A DNA stretch of 64,000 bases from Clostridiales bacterium (GTDB taxonomy: Bacteria > Bacillota > Clostridia > Saccharofermentanales > Saccharofermentanaceae). Below the pieces are notes generated by a model. That model worked only from the letters and a program-made list of their open reading frames with translations, ran no database searches and had not been told where the DNA came from. Below are positions 20,327-28,484 of the stretch, piece by piece (position 1 is the stretch's first letter; each line of letters begins with the position of its first letter). Location of the stretch: NCBI GenBank assembly GCA_017617995.1, contig JAFZVE010000072.1, positions 31,997 to 95,996 of the forward strand, in the 5' to 3' direction. The translations under genes and the position numbers were made by a program.

Positions 20327-21385
20327 TTACTTCGATATCAGACGCGGCAGATCGCGGACGATCTCCACCATAAACCAGTCAGGAAGTGCTTTGCCATCCT
20401 CATCGGAAACCACCAGCTGCGCCATCTCGAAATTGATCGCCGCGAGATCCTTCATGAGGGCCTTCGCGCGGTGCGTGAAGAACTGCGTATTTGCATCCAT
20501 CTTCTCCTTATCCTTCGGAAGTTCAAGAAGGAGACGGTCGCGGAAGGACTGCGCCAGGAAATACAGAACGTCTCTTTCCTCCGGCGCGGCCGGCCAACGC
20601 GCTTCGCCCTTGATGATCTCCGACAGGAGATTCTTATTCCCGAGCTGCTTGGTAAAGGCGACGAACATACCGGCGTGGCTCGGACTGACTGTACCATATG
20701 CCAGCATCTTCAGTGTCTCCGACTTCGGCGAGATGCCGGTCTTATCGTATTCCTTCAGAAGGTCGCTCAGTGTGTGCCACGAACGCGGCGTCGAGAACGG
20801 CTCCTCCGTTTTCGGAGGATTGCTGAAGAGGTGATCCGGACGGATCGTGATGTACTCCGTCACCCACGGATGAACCTCCGCTTCGTACGCCCACTGCAGC
20901 CACTTCTCCGCATCGACCTTCAGCTGGACGTGGAACATCCTGTTGATGAGGGCCGAGGACATGGTCTTTACGATCGCGCTGTCCTGCGCACGGTTGCCCG
21001 CGCCGATGACGACGCTTCCCTTCGGCAGGTGATACTCACCGATCCTGCGCTCGTAGATCAGACTGTAGAAGGCCTTCTGCACCTCCTGCGAGCAGGCATT
21101 CAGCTCGTCGAGGAAAAGGACGTAAGGTTCTTTTCGTGCGATCATCTTCGGCGGCAGAAATTCCGACACATCCTCGCTGATACGCGGGATGCCGATGATG
21201 TCCTCCGGCGCGAGCTGGCTTCCGAGAAGCGAGACGCAGTCCATGCCCACATCCTTACTGAACTTCTCGACCAGAGCGGATTTGCCGATACCCGGCGCGC
21301 CCCAGATGAACACCGGCCGCACCGGCGCCACCGTAAGCAGGACCTCCGAAAGTTCCTCCTGATTTACCGAAATGGGAAGATTCAT
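20327..21385 (-). CDS. MoxR-like AAA+ ATPase (AAA_5)
   Basis: Walker A GAPGIGKS, Walker B LFLDELN, and single-AAA MoxR/CbbQ-like length. It lies immediately upstream of the VWA gene. Confidence 0.85.
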   Translation of the reverse strand: MNLPISVNQEELSEVLLTVAPVRPVFIWGAPGIGKSALVEKFSKDVGMDCVSLLGSQLAPEDIIGIPRISEDVSEFLPPKMIARKEPYVLFLDELNACSQEVQKAFYSLIYERRIGEYHLPKGSVVIGAGNRAQDSAIVKTMSSALINRMFHVQLKVDAEKWLQWAYEAEVHPWVTEYITIRPDHLFSNPPKTEEPFSTPRSWHTLSDLLKEYDKTGISPKSETLKMLAYGTVSPSHAGMFVAFTKQLGNKNLLSEIIKGEARWPAAPEERDVLYFLAQSFRDRLLLELPKDKEKMDANTQFFTHRAKALMKDLAAINFEMAQLVVSDEDGKALPDWFMVEIVRDLPRLISK

Positions 21386-21528
21386 ATTGACCCCCTTTTC
21401 CTTTCATCGCTTATGCTTTTTCAGTATAAAAGTATGCTTTTACGTTATACTTTTTCTTGTAAGTGAATCATGCTTCTCATATTTCCATGTTGCTTTCATG
21501 TTATGCATTTTTCGGGAAAGAATCAAGA

Positions 21529-21557
21529 ACCGCCCGGTATACGGAATACCGGACGGT
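21529..21557 (-). terminator. predicted terminator after the lipoprotein gene
   Basis: ACCGCCCGGTAT-ACGGA-ATACCGGACGGT lies 30 nt past stop 21587. The minus strand continues TCTTGATTCTTTCC. Confidence 0.55.
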
Positions 21558-21586
21558 CCTTTCGTAATATGTACGGTTTAGGAGGA

Positions 21587-23161
21587 TCAGGTTTTGTGCT
21601 GAAGCGAGAAGAAATAGGTGTTCTCACGGATATAGACGCCACCGCCGAAATACTCGGATACATCTGTTTCCAACTCGCGCGGACCATCGAGTTCTTCGAT
21701 CAGTAACTGAACGCCATATTCCTGAAGTTCGATCGTGGCCTTTCTATAGAAGGTCTCGCCCGGATCGACCTGACCGTTGTAGTTTCTGTCATCCCAGCCA
21801 TGATACCAGAAGTTCGTGACATTCTGATTCAAAGGAAGGATGACCGGATCCAGTTCTGCCGTTCTGTAGAACCACAGATAGACCTCGATATTCTCACCGT
21901 CCTCATCCGCTAAGAGGAAAAGCTCGATACTGCCTTCGTTGATGGAATACCTACCGTTGTAAAGGGAGTAATCGCTGATCTCGCGGTACTCCGGCGTGTA
22001 ACCGAACTGCATGCCGATAAAATCATCATCTGTCGGGAGGTAACAGTTTCGCAGGTAATAGAGCGCCCTGTTGCAGTTGACGTATCCCCGGATCTCATGA
22101 TACGGAGTCGATGCTGTTGTTTCGCCCCACGGACCGGCATCTCCGACGATCATATCATAGAGTGTGAATTCTCTTGCTATAAAGTCCATGTGATTCTCCG
22201 TTCTCAGCTCAGCGATACGGTTCGAATATGGTATATAGGTGAAATAATCACTGGAGTCGCAGTACAACTGCTCAAGAACGGGACATGGTTCCCCATCTAA
22301 GTATGTATAGATACTTAAGTAATAGCCATCGTCCACTTCGGACATATCGGAGATAATGAGCTCAGGGATATCATCGGTATTCAGATGCATGAAAGAAGCT
22401 CTCACTTTATAGTTTCCGTCGTACTGCTGCAGGATCGTCCGGTAGTAGTAATCATTTAATGTGTCAAGCGTGATGTATCCGTACTGACATAGACTCGGAT
22501 CCGAATAAGATGTTTCCGATTCATAGGTATCTTCGTCATATGCATCCTCTTCATATTCATATACATCGTCTGCATTTGCATCTTCTGCCGGAGCCTGCGA
22601 CTCTTGCGGCTGCTCTACCTGCCTCTCTGCCGGGGCGGTTTCCGATGATTCCGCCGGGGCCTGTTCCTGAGTCGCTGCCGGAGCCTGGGTTTCGCTCTGT
22701 GCAGGTGCCTGGTTCACGCCCTGTGCAGGTGCCTGGTTTCCTGACGCGGCCGGAGCCTGGTCATCAGCCTTCGCAGGGTCCTGTGTCGCAGCCGGAGCCT
22801 GGTCAGATGAGTTCGCTTTCCCACTGTTTCCGCTTCCTGCATCTACGCTCTTCCCCGCCTGACCGCCTGCATTTGCGGTTGCTGTTCCATTATTGGTCTC
22901 AGCAGAAGAACGATTTCCTGAAAGAACATTCTTTCCGCTTCCGTCATCCTGCGGAGAGATAACATTGCCGTCCTCATCCGTGACAACAGGCTGGGACCCG
23001 TTCTGTTTTTCCGAACCGTTCAGATACGTATCCGCGATTCCCGAGACCAGCGATTCGATCTGCTTTTCATCACCATCAATTTCCAGAGTGCATCCGGATG
23101 CGCCGAGCGCTACGGAAACCGTAAGTGCCAATACCGCTGCCATCGCCTTCATCTGTTTCAT
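21587..23161 (-). CDS. secreted lipoprotein with QAPA-rich linker and C-terminal domain paralogous to the BlaR1-like sensor domain
   Basis: MKQMKAMAAVLALTVSVALGASGC is a lipobox, with a GGAGG RBS. The C-terminal ~300 aa align by eye with the C-terminus of 23512..25983. Confidence 0.8.
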   Translation of the reverse strand: MKQMKAMAAVLALTVSVALGASGCTLEIDGDEKQIESLVSGIADTYLNGSEKQNGSQPVVTDEDGNVISPQDDGSGKNVLSGNRSSAETNNGTATANAGGQAGKSVDAGSGNSGKANSSDQAPAATQDPAKADDQAPAASGNQAPAQGVNQAPAQSETQAPAATQEQAPAESSETAPAERQVEQPQESQAPAEDANADDVYEYEEDAYDEDTYESETSYSDPSLCQYGYITLDTLNDYYYRTILQQYDGNYKVRASFMHLNTDDIPELIISDMSEVDDGYYLSIYTYLDGEPCPVLEQLYCDSSDYFTYIPYSNRIAELRTENHMDFIAREFTLYDMIVGDAGPWGETTASTPYHEIRGYVNCNRALYYLRNCYLPTDDDFIGMQFGYTPEYREISDYSLYNGRYSINEGSIELFLLADEDGENIEVYLWFYRTAELDPVILPLNQNVTNFWYHGWDDRNYNGQVDPGETFYRKATIELQEYGVQLLIEELDGPRELETDVSEYFGGGVYIRENTYFFSLQHKT

Positions 23162-23241
23162 CGTTTTATCCTCCGATAATCCTTTTTCTTTTCTTGTTGT
23201 TTTTGTCTTGTTTTCGATATCTTTTGCAACATTGCAAGGTC

Positions 23242-23270
23242 ATTCTACACATGTAGTATCTCCATGTCAA
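23242..23270 (-). promoter_or_regulatory. sigma-A-type promoter of the lipoprotein gene (TTGACA-17-TAGAAT)
   Basis: The minus strand reads TTGACA (23270-23265), a 17-nt spacer and TAGAAT (23247-23242). It is almost identical to the blaI promoter. Confidence 0.6.
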
Positions 23271-23314
23271 TAGATTTTTCTACATTTGTAGAAATTTTTT
23301 CTATATTTGTAGAA
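23243..23314. promoter_or_regulatory. three BlaI/MecI-type operator dyads (TTCTAC-N4-GTAGAA)
   Basis: TTCTACACATGTAGTA at 23243-23258 overlaps the -10. TTCTACATTTGTAGAA is at 23278-23293 and TTCTATATTTGTAGAA at 23299-23314. All carry the TACA..TGTA core known for BlaI/MecI. Confidence 0.65.
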
Positions 23315-23511
23315 TTTCTTTCAGGGAAAAGTGCTTTTCGCGCGGTAAAAAGCCATCCCCGAAAGGCATTTCGCCTTCCGGTGACGGTTTTCTACAAATT
23401 TAGAATAATAACAGAAGAAGCCGGGTTCTGTCCCGGCCCGGAGATGTCGCACGTCGTAGAATCAGACCCGCACGCCGCCAGCAGGATCAGACAGTTCTTT
23501 CGCCGGCAGGA

Positions 23512-25983
23512 TCAGGTCGTTCTGTCGTCGAAGGTATAGTACTGTGTCTGCGCGGAGATATAGTCACTCCTATAGAACTTGCTGATCACATTCAGGTCCC
23601 ACACGAACTCCTCCCGGGAAATATCCTCGAGCGTGACCTTGATCCCGTCAGACAGAAGTTCGACAGTGCCTTTGCGGAAGAGCAGCTCGTCATCTTCGAC
23701 TATGTTATTGTAGTTCCGATCTACAACGATCTCATCATAGAATACGCAGATATTGTCTTCTATAGGAAGTGTGACCTCATGAAGTTCGGCCCCGGCAAAG
23801 AAATACCAGCTGATCGTGATCCTCTGATCGCCTTCATAACGGAACGTGAACTTCGTATATCCGTTTGCAGTTGTATAAGTACCATCGTACTTGCTGTAAT
23901 CATCGATCGTCATGCGGGTCGGCTGATACCGCCCCGGTGTCGTCTCGGACGGTGTCTCGTAAGGATCGGTATCCGAAGGGGTCTCATAAGGAGTTTCGTA
24001 AGGAGTCTCATACGTGGACTCGTACGGGGTCTCATAAGGGGGCTCGTAAGGCGTCTCGTACGGATCCGAAGTATCGTACGGCTGCTCGTAGATGTCCGTG
24101 GCCGTAGCCATACCGTCCGAAGTCGGCGCCATCGGGTCGGCCGTCGCATCCGTGAGATCCGTCACATCTGTCGTATACTCATCTGGATCCCGTAGCATCC
24201 GGTACGGGTGTCGTTCATAGAGCGCATCGATCGGGATGTTACCGAGTTCCAGGTGCTCGATCGTCTGTTTCGCACTCTCATAACCGACCACCACCCACGA
24301 AGGTGCATTTTTATCATAAGGAATCGCCGTCCCATCCTGCTCACCAGAATAATCCATCATCCAGAACCGGTAGATGAAGTACTGCGGCGTGCTGTTCTCG
24401 TCGCTACCGGGCGGAACAATGTAGCTACAGAAGGCATTGCTGTAAGGACAGTAACAGTAGAACCAGTCCTCTATCTCGTTCACATACGACGACTCGATCA
24501 CCGTATACAACTGGCCGTTCTTAAAGGTGTAAACCGAGAGTACGTATTCCCATGTTTCGTAACTGTTTGTGTAGTCCGAGATCACCAGCTCCGGGTAGAA
24601 ATCGTCGTCGATGTGCGGGAGGAAATACAGAATATTGTCATTATCCCTTCCGTATGAATCGATGATTTCGATATAAGCCTGCGCGCATTCATCCATGAGA
24701 TAATCCGTCGTCTCCGATGTGGACGGGGATGTGGACTCGGATGTAGCCGATGTTTCCGACTCCGGAGTAGTCTCGGATGTGCTTTCCACTGCCGGCGCCG
24801 TCGTGCTTTCCGAGCCTTCCGTCGCCGAAGAGGGTACACTCTCCTCTGTCTTCTCCGTCTCTTCACTCTCCAGCGACCTTCCCGCTTTTTCGAGGAAATC
24901 CTCCAAGGAAGTACCGTACGAACGCGACGACATGAGGAGCACGACACTGCAAGTGACGATGACGGAGATAAGCATCATGTACTTCGAGTGCTTCCTGTTC
25001 TTAAGAAGATTCTTGATGCGCATCTTCGTCTCCATCCCGCCGAAGCCGAGGCCGCTGAATGCCGTCTGCTGCAGGAACGATCCCCTTCGCTCGAAACGCG
25101 CATGCTCGACCAGTGAACGGCAGTACTCCTTGACCATCTCCATATCGAAAGCAAGCGTCGTCTCTTCGTCCACGCGCATCTCGATGTCGGCGCAGAGGAT
25201 GACGAACGACAGCCATACGAGGGGGTTGAACCAGTGGAGGCAGAGCACGAAATAGCTGAAGAGCTTGGTGATGCCGTCCTTATTCTTGATGTGCGTCCAC
25301 TCGTGGTTGAGGATGTATTCTTTCTCATCGTCATCGAGATGGACCGGGATAAAGATCTTCGGTCTTATGAATCCGATGACGAACGGGGTCTCGATATTCG
25401 TGGTGAAGTACCGCCCGTCGTAGGCGCGCGAGTTCCATCTCGCCTTCGAATAAAAGAGGATATACCGGACGGTAAAGAGGATGACCAGTCCGACTACGAC
25501 GACAAGCCAGATGATCGCGAAGACGCGGAATACCCGGGCTTCGGACTTACTGAGTGTTTCTTTTTCTTCTGCAAATGCACTTGTCCCCGCATCTTTTGTT
25601 TTTGCGGTTTTTCCCGTGCGTGCCTCTTCCGCTTCCGGATCTGTGATTTCTTTTCCTTTCGATATCGATTCAACTTCGTCTGCGTCATTCTTGATTAGAC
25701 CGGAGTCTGCACCATTTTTGAGATCGGCCGCGCCCGAGTGCTTTTCGAGCGTGACAGACTCAGCAGCCTCGCTCGACCCGCTCCAGAGCCGGCTTATATT
25801 CAGCACACTCGTCGGCATAGCCAGATTAAAGGGGCAGATCAGGCGGAACGCGACGACCAGCCAGAAGAGGATCAGGATCCGCTTCGGGCATTTTCTGAAA
25901 ATGAGCCGGAACAGAAGCACGATCAGGATCGCGATGCTCCCGTAGAGGCTCATTTCGAGAATCTTTGCAAACACTGCGTTCAT
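23512..25983 (-). CDS. BlaR1/MecR1-like M56 peptidase signal transducer with non-canonical extracellular domain
   Basis: The HEWTHIKNKD zinc motif sits in a multi-TM N-terminal half. The start is taken as ATG 25983 (MNAVFAKILE...), while the track start 25998 is a TTG overlapping the blaI stop. The C-terminal half has a Ser/Thr/Glu linker, PYET repeats and a domain shared with the lipoprotein. Confidence 0.8.
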   Translation of the reverse strand: MNAVFAKILEMSLYGSIAILIVLLFRLIFRKCPKRILILFWLVVAFRLICPFNLAMPTSVLNISRLWSGSSEAAESVTLEKHSGAADLKNGADSGLIKNDADEVESISKGKEITDPEAEEARTGKTAKTKDAGTSAFAEEKETLSKSEARVFRVFAIIWLVVVVGLVILFTVRYILFYSKARWNSRAYDGRYFTTNIETPFVIGFIRPKIFIPVHLDDDEKEYILNHEWTHIKNKDGITKLFSYFVLCLHWFNPLVWLSFVILCADIEMRVDEETTLAFDMEMVKEYCRSLVEHARFERRGSFLQQTAFSGLGFGGMETKMRIKNLLKNRKHSKYMMLISVIVTCSVVLLMSSRSYGTSLEDFLEKAGRSLESEETEKTEESVPSSATEGSESTTAPAVESTSETTPESETSATSESTSPSTSETTDYLMDECAQAYIEIIDSYGRDNDNILYFLPHIDDDFYPELVISDYTNSYETWEYVLSVYTFKNGQLYTVIESSYVNEIEDWFYCYCPYSNAFCSYIVPPGSDENSTPQYFIYRFWMMDYSGEQDGTAIPYDKNAPSWVVVGYESAKQTIEHLELGNIPIDALYERHPYRMLRDPDEYTTDVTDLTDATADPMAPTSDGMATATDIYEQPYDTSDPYETPYEPPYETPYESTYETPYETPYETPSDTDPYETPSETTPGRYQPTRMTIDDYSKYDGTYTTANGYTKFTFRYEGDQRITISWYFFAGAELHEVTLPIEDNICVFYDEIVVDRNYNNIVEDDELLFRKGTVELLSDGIKVTLEDISREEFVWDLNVISKFYRSDYISAQTQYYTFDDRTT
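23941..24090 (-). repeat. coding 12-nt tandem repeats (PYET repeats) inside the BlaR1-like gene
   Basis: The protein reads PYETPYEPPYETPYESTYETPYETPYETPSDTDPYETPSETTP. The DNA shows reiterated GTCTCGTAAGG/GTCTCATAAGG-like units. Confidence 0.8.
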
Positions 25984-25994
25984 CGGGGCAGGCC

Positions 25995-26372
25995 TCAATC
26001 TTCCGTGTGGTTCTCGATCATCTCGATCAGTTTTGCGGCGTCATCTTTGCTCAGGCTCTTCTTGCCGCCGCTTCCGAGAAATGCACTTACGAAGCTCGGC
26101 AGCGATCCTTTGAAGTTCTTCTCCACCACTTCATTACTCTGCTGGTGCTGGACTTCCTCGCGGCGCACGAGATACGTGATCTTCGCCTTGTTGCTCGCGA
26201 CAAAGCCCTTATCGGACAGGCGCTTGATCATGGTATAGACGGTCGTCTTCTTCCATCCGTGCAGCTCCGCACAGATGTCCGACAGCTCGCCGGAAGAAAT
26301 CGGAGCACGATCCCAGATCAACTCCATCAGTTTAAATTCACTATCACCTATCGAATTGTCTTTCATGGGCAT
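25995..26372 (-). CDS. BlaI/MecI/CopY-family transcriptional repressor
   Basis: 125 aa. The winged helix EFKLMELIWDRAPISSGELSDICAELHGWKKTTVYTMIKRLSDKGFV is present, with an AAGGAG RBS. It lies directly upstream of the M56 gene. Confidence 0.9.
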   Translation of the reverse strand: MPMKDNSIGDSEFKLMELIWDRAPISSGELSDICAELHGWKKTTVYTMIKRLSDKGFVASNKAKITYLVRREEVQHQQSNEVVEKNFKGSLPSFVSAFLGSGGKKSLSKDDAAKLIEMIENHTED

Positions 26373-26394
26373 ACTCCTTTCACATTACGCGTCT

Positions 26395-26423
26395 ATTCTA
26401 CCCATGTAGAACTCCGATGTCAA
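26395..26423 (-). promoter_or_regulatory. sigma-A-type promoter of the blaI-blaR1-like operon (TTGACA-17-TAGAAT)
   Basis: The minus strand reads TTGACA (26423-26418), a 17-nt spacer and TAGAAT (26400-26395). Confidence 0.6.
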
Positions 26424-26445
26424 GAATCATTCTACTTTTGTAGAA
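26396..26445. promoter_or_regulatory. two BlaI/MecI-type operator dyads
   Basis: TTCTACCCATGTAGAA at 26396-26411 overlaps the -10. TTCTACTTTTGTAGAA is at 26430-26445. Confidence 0.65.
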
Positions 26446-26612
26446 GAGCATCACAGTTCTGCGAAGAGCAACGCCTGATGGTAGTTTCATCCGAGGTCAC
26501 GAGGTTTCCCTTATTCTGTTGATAACTCGTGATACAGATACGAAAAAGCGTCATGAGGTATTTCTCATTTCGATGAAACCTCGTGTCTTCGAATTCGAGA
26601 GTCCGCTTGAAT

Positions 26613-26974
26613 GCAAGAGGTCAGCGCTTTTCCGGCTTGACCTCTTGTATCGGGGCGAAGAAAAATACAAGAGGTCGACAGAATTTCGACTTGACCTCTT
26701 GTATCGGGGCGAAGAAAAATACAAGAGGTCGACAGGATTTCGACTTGACCTCTTGTATCGGGGCGAAGAAAAATACAAGAGGTCGACAGGATTTCGACTT
26801 GACCTCTTGTATCGGGGCGAAGAAAAATACAAGAGGTCGACAGGATTTCGGCTTGACCTCTTGTATCGGGGCGAAGAAAAATACAAGAGGTCGACAGGAT
26901 TTCGACTTGACCTCTTGTATCGGGGCGAAGAAAAAAACAAGAGGTCGACAGGATTTCGACTCGACCTCTTGTAT
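26613..26974. repeat. tandem array A: one degenerate plus six near-identical 54-bp units, each built from a 12-bp inverted repeat
   Basis: GACCTCTTGTAT starts at 26639, 26693, 26747, 26801, 26855, 26909 and 26963, an exact 54-bp period. ATACAAGAGGTC starts at 26665 and every 54 bp thereafter. The linkers alternate between CGGGGCGAAGAAAA (14 nt) and GACAGGATTTCGACTT (16 nt). Confidence 0.95.
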
Positions 26975-27003
26975 CAGCATCATTCTCGTTTTCCGTTTAG
27001 TAT

Positions 27004-28419
27004 TCAGATCCTCGTTCCGCACTCCTGGCAGAAAGCGCCTGTAGGCGGAAGCGGTTTTCCGCAGTTCATGCAGAACTTCGGACGTGCTGCCTGCGGTGCT
27101 GCCGGAGCCGCTGCCTGGGCGGGCGCTGCCGGTGCTGCTGCCGCGCCAGCATCCGCGCCTTCCCACAGTTCCTTCGGATAGCCGCTGTTCTTAAGGAAGT
27201 TCACCGCATTTACCTCGGAGCCGTCCGGGTATGTCGGGCCGAACATCTTCTTAGCTTTTTCCGCCTCGATCGCCGCGCCCTGAAGCGGAGTCAGACCCTG
27301 AGCTTTCCAGTTCGCGAGCTGCTGCTGACGGGCCGCTTCCATCGCAGCCTGCATTTGTGCCGCCATCTTCGCCGGATCGCTGGCGAGTTCCATCTTCTGC
27401 GTCATGCTATCGAGCTTCATCTTTTCCTTGCCGTCCATCGTGATACTACCGATCGTGATCTCGAGTACATTGTCGCCGGAATTACGAAGTTCCTCGGCTG
27501 CCTTCTGTGCGATCTCATCGGCCTTGCTTCCGAGATCCAGCACCGATACATCGCGCAGATTCATCAGCTGCATATTGATATTCATCACGACCATGTCCGC
27601 CATCATCGAGAGTTTCTTCTCATAGTAATCCGGCTCGAACTTGGTCATATCGATCGTATACGTACCGCTCATGTCGATCTTGCAGGTCATTTTTGTCTTC
27701 GCATCACGCATCGCCAGTGTCGCTGTTCCACCTACCGAAGAAAAAGCGGCGGTGATCCGGTCGACCTTCGCCGTCGGAACCGGGCCTACAGGCGCAAGTG
27801 CTTTTTCAAAGATAACAAAAGGCTTCTCATACTGTGCAGCACCGCCGAGCTGGCTCGCCATTTTTGCTTCTTCGACCTTCTCCCGCTCTGCTCTCGCCTG
27901 CTGCTTCGCGGCTCTTGACGCATCGCTCTCTCTTAAAGAAATGTGCGAGATATCTGTTCTTACCTGCAGTCCCAGCGCCTCGATCTTCGGGAAAAGCACC
28001 GGATCGAATTCCTTGTCGCGCATCATGATCGAGGTCGCGCCGAGCATCGTGCCCTTCGCCTGCTCTTCTTCCTTGATCTTCAGGATGAATGCCTTCGCCT
28101 CCGGGACCACGGTCTGGTAGATCTTCCCCATCACTTCCTGCTCTGTGCGGAAGGGAGCACCCTCGACAGGGATGACGTTGAGGACGCCGTTCGGGACGAT
28201 GGTCTCCTTGCCCATCATCGACTCGATTTCCACGCCGACTTCTGTTTTCACGCGGATCGCGATCGTCTTACCGGGTGTGATCGGCGTGCCCTGGGGCTGT
28301 GCCATCGGCTGCTGCATCGGCATGCCCTGCTGACCTTGCATTGGAGCCCCTGCCTGGCCCTGGAACGGAGCCGGCTGACCCTGCATATTGTTACCATTCG
28401 GATTCTCGAAATATCCCAT
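27004..28419 (-). CDS. hypothetical protein with Q/P/M-rich N-terminus and C-terminal zinc ribbon
   Basis: Trimmed to ATG 28419 (MGYFENPNG) after GGGAGGAAG. The C-terminus FCMNCGKPLPPTGAFCQECGTRI is a CxxC..CxxC motif. The central part is charged and helical. Confidence 0.7.
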   Translation of the reverse strand: MGYFENPNGNNMQGQPAPFQGQAGAPMQGQQGMPMQQPMAQPQGTPITPGKTIAIRVKTEVGVEIESMMGKETIVPNGVLNVIPVEGAPFRTEQEVMGKIYQTVVPEAKAFILKIKEEEQAKGTMLGATSIMMRDKEFDPVLFPKIEALGLQVRTDISHISLRESDASRAAKQQARAEREKVEEAKMASQLGGAAQYEKPFVIFEKALAPVGPVPTAKVDRITAAFSSVGGTATLAMRDAKTKMTCKIDMSGTYTIDMTKFEPDYYEKKLSMMADMVVMNINMQLMNLRDVSVLDLGSKADEIAQKAAEELRNSGDNVLEITIGSITMDGKEKMKLDSMTQKMELASDPAKMAAQMQAAMEAARQQQLANWKAQGLTPLQGAAIEAEKAKKMFGPTYPDGSEVNAVNFLKNSGYPKELWEGADAGAAAAPAAPAQAAAPAAPQAARPKFCMNCGKPLPPTGAFCQECGTRI

Positions 28420-28484
28420 GTTTCTTCCTCCCTTGTTCCACAAATCTACTTGAGAATATTATATCAGAAAAGCACTTCTCCCGG

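Noticed and set aside
17389-21385. Reading thyA next to the MoxR/VWA pair as a phage-derived or nucleotide-modification module
   Set aside because: The ThyA sequence matches the ordinary Bacillus-type housekeeping enzyme, including the catalytic Cys and folate/dUMP motifs. No other phage-like or nucleotide-metabolism genes are adjacent. The genes are separated by a 117-bp gap with a separate RBS.
26613-26974. CRISPR array
   Set aside because: The spacers are two alternating, essentially invariant sequences. The repeats alternate in orientation. No cas genes or leader are present.
26519-27181. ORFs in several frames reading through array A as 18-aa peptide repeats (RLDLLYRGEEKYKRSTGF etc.)
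   Set aside because: The 54-bp period is a multiple of 3, so any stop-free frame stays open. ORFs exist in several frames on both strands. The plus-strand one runs antisense into the zinc-ribbon gene. The conserved feature is an inverted DNA repeat, not a peptide.
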